This document shows positions 29,455 to 37,733 of a stretch of 64,000 nt of DNA, one piece after another. Positions within the stretch are counted from its first letter, which is position 1. Every line of letters begins with the position of its first letter. The stretch lies in assembly GCA_018713745.1 (NCBI GenBank), contig DVOH01000038.1:31938-95937 (forward strand), read 5' to 3'. The position numbers were made by a program, and so were the translations under genes. Below the pieces are notes generated by a model. That model had not been told where the DNA came from. It saw nothing but the letters and a program-made list of their open reading frames with translations, and did not search any database. This DNA is from Candidatus Stercoripulliclostridium merdipullorum (lineage in GTDB: Bacteria; Bacillota; Clostridia; Christensenellales; DTU072).

Positions 29455-30149
29455 AAGCGTTTGCGTTTTCCTTTGGGGCGGAACAGCAAAAAGATAACCG
29501 CGACGGCAGGGACGGCAAGCCCGACGATGACAATGATGCGCAGATCTCTGCGGTCAAGTCCCGAAGGCGGGTCGGTATCTTCGACGGAGGGATCGGTCGG
29601 ATCGACGACTTCTTGCGGGATTTCTTCGGGTACGAATACGGGAAAATCGGTTTCGGGCATCGTCGTACGGTCGGCTTTGAGATATCCGTAATACTGATTG
29701 TACTGAACATAGTACCACACCGCGTCGGCGGCAGGATGTTCGCCGAGGAAGGTAAAAGGCTGCTCGACGGGGATTTCGACAACGTCGCTTGCCGAGAGAT
29801 CGGGGCGGCTTTTTAATTTGATGGCGGCAAACTCGGCGTATTCGGGCGCGATCGAAAGCTGACACATCGTTCCGGTTGCCGCGGTGTGATAGCCCGTGGT
29901 GCCGACAACGTTTTTGCTGACTTTTCCGCTGACGCCGTTGAACGTTACATAGTAGTACGCGTCGTCGAGATTGTTGATCCGCGCGTAATAGCTGTCGGGC
30001 AGCAAAAAGATTTTTTCGCCCATTTCGTTAAGCAGCCAGACTTCGCCGTCTACGACGATATGCGGCGTATCGGTTGCGGCAAATGCCGCATCGACGGGCT
30101 TCGACGCCAGCGTTGCGATTACAACGATAAGCAATAGGATCCGTTTCAT
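29442..30149 (-). CDS. Signal-peptide protein with two SH3b-like domains and a C-terminal TM anchor
   Basis: MKRILLLIVVIATLASKPVDAAFA signal peptide. Two SH3b-type segments end GVSGKVSKNVV and YYGYLKADRT. A Pro/Asp/Glu linker, the TM helix IIVIVGLAVPAVAVIFLLF and a basic tail follow. A GAGGT RBS is present, and TATAAT on the - strand corresponds to 30165-30170. Confidence 0.7.
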   Translation of the reverse strand: MKRILLLIVVIATLASKPVDAAFAATDTPHIVVDGEVWLLNEMGEKIFLLPDSYYARINNLDDAYYYVTFNGVSGKVSKNVVGTTGYHTAATGTMCQLSIAPEYAEFAAIKLKSRPDLSASDVVEIPVEQPFTFLGEHPAADAVWYYVQYNQYYGYLKADRTTMPETDFPVFVPEEIPQEVVDPTDPSVEDTDPPSGLDRRDLRIIVIVGLAVPAVAVIFLLFRPKGKRKRFYDE

Positions 30150-30241
30150 AGCTACCTCAACGGGATTATATCCTGTCGCAAAGGGAGTTAAAACGGAACC
30201 TTTGTAAAAAAATAAATAATTTCGTCAAAAGGAGAAGGGGT

Positions 30242-30565
30242 ATGGAGATCAGATCGGACGTATTCGATATTGCAAGGCGGCTGAAAGAGATCGATCCGAG
30301 GTATCGTTTGTATTATCGACCGGGCAAAGGATTTTCGCTCAAAACGGAAGGGGCGGCGGGTGAACTTCGATTGCCCTTCGATACGTTGGACGCAAGAACG
30401 GTCGAATATGTCAGAAAAACGCGGGTGGAGCGCAGCGACTGTTTGCGACGGGAGATCGAGGAGGACAATCGACGCGCGGAAGCCGCGGCGATGAAAGACG
30501 CCCTTCGATCGACCGAAGAGCAGATCGCGCTCAGCGTCGACAAGGTGAAACATGAACGCGCGTAA
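30242..30565 (+). CDS. Hypothetical protein immediately upstream of TerL (alternative TerS candidate)
   Basis: 107 aa with an AAGGAGAAGGGG RBS. It overlaps the TerL start by 14 nt and has a charged helical C-terminus. Confidence 0.5.
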   Translation: MEIRSDVFDIARRLKEIDPRYRLYYRPGKGFSLKTEGAAGELRLPFDTLDARTVEYVRKTRVERSDCLRREIEEDNRRAEAAAMKDALRSTEEQIALSVDKVKHERA

Positions 30566-31997
30566 ACAGCTGGAATCCGTCGTTGCCCGCTTGCGGGAGA
30601 TTGAAGCGGAACAAAAGATTCGGTATTCCAAAAACGCTATTTCAAGATACAATACCGGGGAAAAGGTGCATTTGAAACAAATGGAATTTCACCGTTCGCC
30701 CAAGCGCAACCGCTGGGTGTTCGGCGGCAACCGCAGCGGAAAAACCGAGTGCGGCGCCGTCGAAACGGTATGGCTTGCCCGCGGCATTCACCCATACCGC
30801 AAAAATCTGAAAGCGACGGATGGCTGGGTGGTGTCGGTCAGTTACGAAGTGCAGCGGGAGGTGGCGCAGGCAAAAATTCTCAATTATCTCAATCCCGACT
30901 GGATCGAAAAAATCGTCATGCACGAGGGGACGCGCGGATCGCCGTATTCGGGGATTATCGATACCATTTACGTTCGGTCGGCATTGGGCGGGATCTCCAA
31001 AATCGCCTTCAAATCGGCAGATCAGGGACGGGAAAAGTTTCAAGGGGCGTCGCTCGATTACGTCTGGTTTGACGAAGAGCCGCCCTTTGATATTTACGAG
31101 GAATGCCGTATGCGCGTACTGGACCGCAAGGGCGACATTTTCGGCACGATGACGCCGCTGAAGGGGTTGACTTGGGTGTATGACGAAATTTATCTCAATC
31201 CCGGCGGCAATCCCGAAATCTGGTATATCTTTATGGAATGGGCGGACAATCCTTATCTCGACCCCGAAGAAGTCGCGCTCTATGCCGCAACGCTTTCGTC
31301 CGAGTCGTCCGACAGCAGGCGTTACGGAAGATTCCGATCGGGCGAAGGGTTGGTATATCCCGAGTTCGATCCCTCGGTGCACGTGGTCGATCCCTTTCCC
31401 CTTCCGCCCGAGTGGCAAAGCAACATCAGCATCGACCCGGGGCTGAACAATCCGCTTTCCTGTCATTTTTATTACCAGGATTACGACGGCGTCGTTTACG
31501 TCGCCGAAGAGCATTACGAGCGGGGCAAACCCGTCGATTATCATGCCGAACGCATCAAGGAAATCGCCGATCGCCTGAACTGGCATCGCAATCACAACGG
31601 CATGATCGACGCCCTGATCGATTCTGCCGCCGCACAGCGCACCCTTGCCGCCGAAAAAAGCGTCGCCGAACTCTTTTACGATCACGGCATCGCCGCCGAT
31701 ACCAAGGTCAACAAAGATCTGTTCTCGGGCATCGCGACGGTCAGGGACTACTTTGTTGCGCGCCCGCCGCGCATCGTAATTTTCAGAAACTGCGTCAATC
31801 TGATCCGCGAACTCAAAGGGTACTGGTGGGGGCAAGGGGACGTTCCCCGCAAAAAAGACGATCACGCGCTGGACGAACTGCGCTATTATCTGATGACCAG
31901 ACCCCTCAACCGCGCCCCCGAGATCAAGGAGACGGGACGGGTATTGCGCCACAAAGAAAAATTGGCGCGCGCCCATCGACGCGATCAATACCGTTAA
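30552..31997 (+). CDS. Phage terminase large subunit
   Basis: Walker A FGGNRSGKTECG, Walker B DYVWFDEEP, the coupling motif TMTP, and the nuclease motifs ISIDPG and DDHALDELRY. Confidence 0.93.
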   Translation: MNARKQLESVVARLREIEAEQKIRYSKNAISRYNTGEKVHLKQMEFHRSPKRNRWVFGGNRSGKTECGAVETVWLARGIHPYRKNLKATDGWVVSVSYEVQREVAQAKILNYLNPDWIEKIVMHEGTRGSPYSGIIDTIYVRSALGGISKIAFKSADQGREKFQGASLDYVWFDEEPPFDIYEECRMRVLDRKGDIFGTMTPLKGLTWVYDEIYLNPGGNPEIWYIFMEWADNPYLDPEEVALYAATLSSESSDSRRYGRFRSGEGLVYPEFDPSVHVVDPFPLPPEWQSNISIDPGLNNPLSCHFYYQDYDGVVYVAEEHYERGKPVDYHAERIKEIADRLNWHRNHNGMIDALIDSAAAQRTLAAEKSVAELFYDHGIAADTKVNKDLFSGIATVRDYFVARPPRIVIFRNCVNLIRELKGYWWGQGDVPRKKDDHALDELRYYLMTRPLNRAPEIKETGRVLRHKEKLARAHRRDQYR

Positions 31998-32007
31998 AGG
32001 AGGAATT

Positions 32008-33852
32008 ATGTCAATCACAACGGTTTACGAGGAAGATCTCGTAAAAGAAGTAACCGCGGATTTTCAAAACCGCCGCGAGATGCGCCGCAACATCGAAAGC
32101 AAATGGTTGCTTAACATCAATTTTATGCTGGGCAATCAGTATTCGGGCATCTCTCCCGGGGGCGATATCGTCGACTACGGCAAGCAATATTATTGGCAGG
32201 AACGGGAGGTATTCAACCACATCGCGCCCCTGATCGAAACGCGACTTGCCAAGTTTGCCCGCGTCAACTGCTCGGTCAACGTTCGCCCCGCAACCGCGGA
32301 GGAAAACGACGTCCGCATCGCAAAACTTTCCACCAAGCTGATCGAAGCCACCCAGCGCGAAAACAACTTTATCCGTCTTTCGAACGAAGCCAACTATTGG
32401 GCGGAACTGACGGGGACGGTCTTTTACAAAATCGTCTGGGGCGGGGACAGCGAAGGGGTACGGCTTGCCGTCTGTCCCCCGTACGAAATTTATCCCGATA
32501 CTCTCGGCGCAAGCGGCTTGCAGGAGTGCCGATCGCTGATTCATGCCCGCGCCTATCCCGTCGAAACCATCCGCGAAATCTGGGGGAAGGAAGTCAAAGG
32601 CGGCTCCGTTTCGGTCATCAACATGGATACCTCCGAGGGGATCGGCGGCAACGGCTATACCGCAAGCAACTTCAAAGTCTTTTCGGACGAGAAAAAAGGC
32701 TATGCCGTCGTCATCGAACGCTACGAGCTTCCGACCGAACGCTATCCCGAAGGACGATTGGTTATCGTTGCGGGGGACGCTTTGTTGTACGAAGGTTCGT
32801 TGCCCTATGTCAACGGCGGGGGTGGCACGCGGACGTTCCCGTTTGTCCGTCAGGCGTCACTCGAGCAACCGGCAAGTTTTTACGGGATCAGTATCATCGA
32901 GCGTTTGATCCCCGTTCAGCGGGCGTACAATGCCGTCAAAAACCGTAAGCACGAGTTTCTCAACCGACTTGCCGCGGGCGTGATGATGGTCGAAGACGGT
33001 TCGATCGACGTCGACAGCCTGGAAGAGGAAGGGCTTTCTCCCGGCAAACTTCTGGTTTACCGCCGCGGCGCAACGCCGCCCGGGCTGATGAATGCGGGGA
33101 GCGTCCCGACAGAGTTCAGAGACGAAGAGGATCGCCTGCTTGCCGAATTCATCAATATTTCGGGAGCGTCCAACTTGAACGACGTCATGGTATCGTCGTC
33201 GGGACAGCTCAGCGGTTATGCGTTGTCGCTGATTATCGAACAGGATTACAGCCGTCTGAACGTGACGACCGAGAATATCCGCAATGCCGTGCGCGAAATG
33301 GCGGCGCAGATTCTCAGACTTTATCGGCAGTTTTCACCTTCGACGCGGATGATGCGCGTCAGCGGAGAAAACGGGGAGCTGGAAGTGGTTTCGTTCGAAG
33401 GCAGTCAGCTGACCTCGGACGATATCGTGACCGAAGCCGACGCCGAGATGGTCGAAACGCCCGCAACGCGAAAAACAATGGTGTTCGATCTGCTCAAATA
33501 CGGATTGCTGAACGACGCGACGGGTTCGATCAGCGAGTATAACAAGGTCAAAGTGCTCGAAATGCTGGGGTTCGGCAACTGGGAAAGCGCCAGAAGCCGC
33601 GACGAACTGCATCTGAAAAAAGCCGCCATCGAAAATGCCGAAATGGCGGAAGGCAAGGATCCCGGGATCGAGGAGTTTGACGATCACGACCTGCATGTGG
33701 GCGAACATATCGCGGCGCTGATTGCAGGACGGGACAGCTTGTCGGAAGAAGCCAAGACGCAACTCAATCGACATATCAAGCAGCACAAAGTTTACAAACG
33801 GCTGACAGCGGAAGCCGAAGCCGTCGGGACGGGTGTCCCGCGTCAAATTTAA
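32008..33852 (+). CDS. Phage portal protein (family not resolved)
   Basis: 614 aa, placed directly after TerL and before the scaffold and capsid genes. Its size and acidic helical C-terminal region are typical of portals. Confidence 0.8.
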   Translation: MSITTVYEEDLVKEVTADFQNRREMRRNIESKWLLNINFMLGNQYSGISPGGDIVDYGKQYYWQEREVFNHIAPLIETRLAKFARVNCSVNVRPATAEENDVRIAKLSTKLIEATQRENNFIRLSNEANYWAELTGTVFYKIVWGGDSEGVRLAVCPPYEIYPDTLGASGLQECRSLIHARAYPVETIREIWGKEVKGGSVSVINMDTSEGIGGNGYTASNFKVFSDEKKGYAVVIERYELPTERYPEGRLVIVAGDALLYEGSLPYVNGGGGTRTFPFVRQASLEQPASFYGISIIERLIPVQRAYNAVKNRKHEFLNRLAAGVMMVEDGSIDVDSLEEEGLSPGKLLVYRRGATPPGLMNAGSVPTEFRDEEDRLLAEFINISGASNLNDVMVSSSGQLSGYALSLIIEQDYSRLNVTTENIRNAVREMAAQILRLYRQFSPSTRMMRVSGENGELEVVSFEGSQLTSDDIVTEADAEMVETPATRKTMVFDLLKYGLLNDATGSISEYNKVKVLEMLGFGNWESARSRDELHLKKAAIENAEMAEGKDPGIEEFDDHDLHVGEHIAALIAGRDSLSEEAKTQLNRHIKQHKVYKRLTAEAEAVGTGVPRQI

Positions 33853-33864
33853 CGGGAGGGAAAC

Positions 33865-34365
33865 ATGGAAGAGATCAAAACGAAGGAACCAACGGCGGCG
33901 GAACTCGCCACAGGCGACAACTCTCAAGCCGAGTTCTACGGGAAATTCAAAAACAAAGAGGGGTTAATGGATGCTTACCGATCGCTGGAAGCCGAATTTA
34001 CGCGGCGCTCCCAGCGGCTGAAAGAGCTTGAAAGCGTCGAAAACCAACGTGCCGAAGCGGACAAATGGAGCCGCAAGGTGGACGAGTTGACGGCGAAATA
34101 CCCCGTCGCAGCCAATCTGACCGACGAAATCGCAGCGGTCCTCGAGAATCGCAAAGAGTTGCTGAGAGAGGAAAACTGTCTCGAAACGGCACTGCTGACG
34201 GTTCTGGCGGAAGGGTATGCGAAAAAACGGGACGAAGGCGGAGGGCGGACGCCGCCCAAGGTCAGCGTCAAAAAGGGCGAAATTCCGCTGGTTACCCCGG
34301 TACGGCCGACGTCGATCCGGGAAGCGGGCAAAATCGCCGAAAAAATCTTAAAATCCAACGGATAG
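33865..34365 (+). CDS. Capsid scaffolding protein
   Basis: 166 aa helical, charged protein between portal and MCP. The segment AYRSLEAEFTRRSQRLKELE is typical of scaffold proteins. Confidence 0.6.
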   Translation: MEEIKTKEPTAAELATGDNSQAEFYGKFKNKEGLMDAYRSLEAEFTRRSQRLKELESVENQRAEADKWSRKVDELTAKYPVAANLTDEIAAVLENRKELLREENCLETALLTVLAEGYAKKRDEGGGRTPPKVSVKKGEIPLVTPVRPTSIREAGKIAEKILKSNG

Positions 34366-34374
34366 GAGGAAAAC

Positions 34375-35547
34375 ATGGTCACTTTAAGCAGTGCGGACAA
34401 AGTCTTGAAAAACGTTTATCTCGGTGTGATCTGCGATCAGCTGAACAAACGGACCAATCCGTTCTACGCCGCCATTCAGCAGGGCAGCGAACTGGTCAAC
34501 GGAAAAAACGCCGTCGCGATCATCCGCAACGGAATCAACGGCGGGGTCGGCAGCGGAACGGAATCGGGAGCGTTGCCCGCAGCCAAGAACAGTACTTATT
34601 ACCAGCTGATTGCCGATCTCAAAAACATTTACGGCACGATCGAGATCAGCGACAAAGCCTTGCGCGCTTCGCAAAACTCCGCCAACGCGCTGGTTAATCT
34701 CCTCAATGACGAGATGGAAGCGTTGCTCGATTCGGCAAAATTCAATTTCGGCAGAATGCTTTGGCAAAACGGCTCGGGCGTTCTGACCAAGGTTGCGTCT
34801 TTGGAAGGACATTCGAGTACGTCCGAAATCCCCGTAGAGGACACGCGCAATCTGATGGAAGGGATGACGATCGACTTTGCCAACGGCAATATCGAGGTTT
34901 CGACGGGGCATACCGTCAGCGAGATTAACCGCGCCGACAAAATCATCCGGATCAGTCCCGCGCTCAGCGAACTGTCGGTGATTCAGGCGGGTACCAAGAT
35001 CTGCCTGCAAGGCTCCAACGAAAAAGAGATTTACGGATTGCCGTATCTCTTCGATCACACGATCTCGATGTTCTACAACACGCCGCGCAGTCTTGTGCCG
35101 GCAATTCTGCCCAAAACGACCACGGTCAGCGGCGAACTGTCTTCCGAAATGATGCAGACCGCCTTGGACGATCTCGAAATCGCTTCGGGCAACGAAACCG
35201 ATATGATTCTCGGTTCGCACGAAACGCGCAAAAAATACTTTGCCTATCTGCAGACAACCAGAACCAATATCGACTATATGAATCTCGACGGCGGCTTCAA
35301 AGCGCTGTCGTACAACGGGATTCCTTTTGTAGCCGATCGTTTCTGTCCCGACGGAGAAATGTACTTCGTCAACACCAAAGATTTCCGCCTCGCAAGTCTT
35401 TGCGACTGGCAGTGGATCGAAGGGGAAAACGGACGGATTCTGACGCAGATCGAAAAAACGCCTACTTACATGGCTACGTTGGTCAAATACGCCAACCTCA
35501 TCTGTGTCCGTCCCAAAGGTCAGGCTTGCATCAAGGGATTCAACTGA
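34375..35547 (+). CDS. Major capsid protein (HK97-fold expected)
   Basis: 390 aa following the scaffold gene. Composition and position are typical for an MCP, and a strong hairpin lies downstream. Confidence 0.75.
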   Translation: MVTLSSADKVLKNVYLGVICDQLNKRTNPFYAAIQQGSELVNGKNAVAIIRNGINGGVGSGTESGALPAAKNSTYYQLIADLKNIYGTIEISDKALRASQNSANALVNLLNDEMEALLDSAKFNFGRMLWQNGSGVLTKVASLEGHSSTSEIPVEDTRNLMEGMTIDFANGNIEVSTGHTVSEINRADKIIRISPALSELSVIQAGTKICLQGSNEKEIYGLPYLFDHTISMFYNTPRSLVPAILPKTTTVSGELSSEMMQTALDDLEIASGNETDMILGSHETRKKYFAYLQTTRTNIDYMNLDGGFKALSYNGIPFVADRFCPDGEMYFVNTKDFRLASLCDWQWIEGENGRILTQIEKTPTYMATLVKYANLICVRPKGQACIKGFN

Positions 35548-35559
35548 TCGCGATAACCC

Positions 35560-35584
35560 GGAGGGGCGGCTTTGCCGCCTCTCC
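35560..35584 (+). promoter_or_regulatory. Stable stem-loop immediately after the capsid gene (attenuator or mRNA stabiliser candidate)
   Basis: GGAGGGGCGGC-ttt-GCCGCCTCTCC, 11 bp with one G-T pair. No T-tract follows, and the RBS of the next gene starts 2 nt downstream. Confidence 0.4.
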
Positions 35585-35596
35585 GAAGGAGGGTGT

Positions 35597-36130
35597 ATGA
35601 AACTGAAAGACGCAATTTTGCGCTCGGTATATCTGCTCGGGATGGAAGAGGAAGTCGACCTTGCCGTCGACGGACTGAAGCGAAATCGCCTGATCGACTG
35701 CGGCAACAGCGTTTATGCCGAAATCGCAGGACAATACGTGCACCTCAAAACCGTCGAACCGATCGAATTCTCGGACGGACGGGCGTACTATACCGACTTC
35801 GGCTTTCCCGTCAGGGAAATCCTGTCCGTCAAGGACAACCGCGGCGAAGTTCCGTTTGAGATGACGCCGACTTATGTTGCGGCAAAGACGGCGGGCACGG
35901 TCGAAGTCCGCTATGTCTATCACCCTTTGCCGGCAGGATTGGAGGACGACTTGCTGCTCCCGCCGCAGTATACCGAGCATATTGTGGCGCAGGGGATTGC
36001 CGCGGAGTATTGCTACCGTACGGGACTGGTGGACGAAGCGATATTCTATCAGGCGCGGTTTGAGAGCGCGGTGACCAACATCGCCCGACGCATCCGTCCC
36101 GCCAATCTGCCTGCGAGGAAACTGCTATGA
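35597..36130 (+). CDS. Hypothetical virion protein (head-completion or adaptor candidate)
   Basis: 177 aa with a GGAGGG RBS. It is the first gene after the MCP, and the next gene overlaps its end by 4 nt (start 36127, stop 36130). Confidence 0.5.
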   Translation: MKLKDAILRSVYLLGMEEEVDLAVDGLKRNRLIDCGNSVYAEIAGQYVHLKTVEPIEFSDGRAYYTDFGFPVREILSVKDNRGEVPFEMTPTYVAAKTAGTVEVRYVYHPLPAGLEDDLLLPPQYTEHIVAQGIAAEYCYRTGLVDEAIFYQARFESAVTNIARRIRPANLPARKLL

Positions 36131-37620
36131 GGACGCCGAGAGTAGAAAAACTGCCTACATTAAGTCGCCTTAACTACAAAATTTCACGGTTCAACAACAT
36201 TGACGGGCGTGAAGCGGGCGGGGAAATTCCGCTCAATATATGTAGCTATGGCTACAATATAAAGTTCAGGTCGGGTATGTTGTGCGGCGGCATGGGGATT
36301 GATCAACCCGTCGTTACGCTGGAGGACGGAAGCCAACGCGAGATCCCCAATCTTTCCAAGTTTGCGCGGGCGATGCACCGCATCGCGCTGTATCGCCGCA
36401 AGGATCCCGTCACCGGGGCGCGCGACGACAGACTGCTTGCGTTCAGCGACGTCGAAAACAACGTCTACGAGACAAAGGTGGTCCGCGGCGACTATACCGT
36501 CAACGAGGCGATCAAGATCGAAGGCTATGACGCCGAGTGCATCAATTACTATACGGGCGGCAAAGACTGTCTGCTGGTATTTCTGCCGTACGGGGGGATG
36601 TATCTTTACGACGGCGATACCGCCGTTCTGCACGATACGCCGCCTCTGACTTCGGTCTGCATGCATTACGACCGCGTCTACGGCGTCGGCGCCGACGGCA
36701 CGTCCCTTCATTTCAGTGCGCCGCTCGAGCCGCACAATTTCGCCCCGGAATCGGGGGGCGGTACCATCCGGTTTATGGACGAGGGCGGAAAAGTCGAAAA
36801 GGTGGTATCTTTCAAAGACTATCTGCTTATTTTCCGCGAGCACGCCGTGCATCGGATGCGCGCTTATACCGATCCGTCCGAGTATACCGTGACGAAGATT
36901 TTCGAGAGCGACACCGTCATTCACGCCAATACCGTCGCGATTACCGACGACGTGATGATGTTTGTGATCGGGACGCATCTGATGATCTTCGACGGGTACA
37001 CCGTCAGGCGATACGCCGAAGGTCTTTCGGCACTGATCGATACCGTCGATCACGGAAGTGCCGTGTTTTTCGAAAACAAATATTATCTCGGCTGTCGCAT
37101 CAAAACGCGGGGAGAAATCGTGGGCGACGAAAAAATTCCCAGCGTCGACATCAACAACGCCTTGCTCGAAGTCGATCCGTATTCCGACGACGTTGCGGTT
37201 CTGCGCGGCACCGACGTGCGTCGTATGACGCCGGTTGTGCTCGGCAAACTGTCGTTTTTGTTGATTCTGTTCAACAATTACCGCCAGGCGTATTGCGCGC
37301 GCTTGTCGGATTCGGGCAGGATCATGGGTAATGTGCTTGAAAAACTTTGGATCAGTCCCACAAGCGATCTCGGCGAGCGGGGACGCGTCAAATCGCTCAA
37401 ACGCGTATACATTACGGCGGAAGGACCTTTGACGCTCGGGATCGGACAGGGGGGCGAATTGCAGACGCGCACGGTTTACGCTTCGCCGTCCGAGCAGGTG
37501 CTACCCTTCCGAACGAGGGGGAACGATCTTTATATCCGGATCGAGACGGAGGGGGACGGTTTCCGTGTATACGGGATGACGCTGGTGCTCGATCTGATCA
37601 GGAGGTACTATGCAAATTGA
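36127..37620 (+). CDS. Hypothetical beta-rich virion protein (tail hub/nozzle candidate)
   Basis: 497 aa with recurring blade-like hydrophobic-strand segments (LLVFLPYGGMYLYDG, RVYGVGADGTSLHFS, YLLIFREHAVHRM, MMFVIGTHLMIFDG, KYYLGCRIK). Confidence 0.5.
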   Translation: MRTPRVEKLPTLSRLNYKISRFNNIDGREAGGEIPLNICSYGYNIKFRSGMLCGGMGIDQPVVTLEDGSQREIPNLSKFARAMHRIALYRRKDPVTGARDDRLLAFSDVENNVYETKVVRGDYTVNEAIKIEGYDAECINYYTGGKDCLLVFLPYGGMYLYDGDTAVLHDTPPLTSVCMHYDRVYGVGADGTSLHFSAPLEPHNFAPESGGGTIRFMDEGGKVEKVVSFKDYLLIFREHAVHRMRAYTDPSEYTVTKIFESDTVIHANTVAITDDVMMFVIGTHLMIFDGYTVRRYAEGLSALIDTVDHGSAVFFENKYYLGCRIKTRGEIVGDEKIPSVDINNALLEVDPYSDDVAVLRGTDVRRMTPVVLGKLSFLLILFNNYRQAYCARLSDSGRIMGNVLEKLWISPTSDLGERGRVKSLKRVYITAEGPLTLGIGQGGELQTRTVYASPSEQVLPFRTRGNDLYIRIETEGDGFRVYGMTLVLDLIRRYYAN

Positions 37621-37732
37621 AACGCTTGCGACGTTACTGAATGAAGTAATCGTCAAACTGATGGCGCTGTCGGTCAAGACGGACGCTATCCTCAAAAAGC
37701 TCCAATCGACTTCGGAACACACGGAGGTGTAA
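37610..37732 (+). CDS. Small 40-codon ORF, absent from the ORF track
   Basis: An ATG 4 nt after a GGAGG (37601-37605), encoding MQIETLATLLNEVIVKLMALSVKTDAILKKLQSTSEHTEV. It fills the gap between two genes and overlaps the upstream gene by 11 nt. Confidence 0.3.
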   Translation: MQIETLATLLNEVIVKLMALSVKTDAILKKLQSTSEHTEV

Positions 37733-37733
37733 G

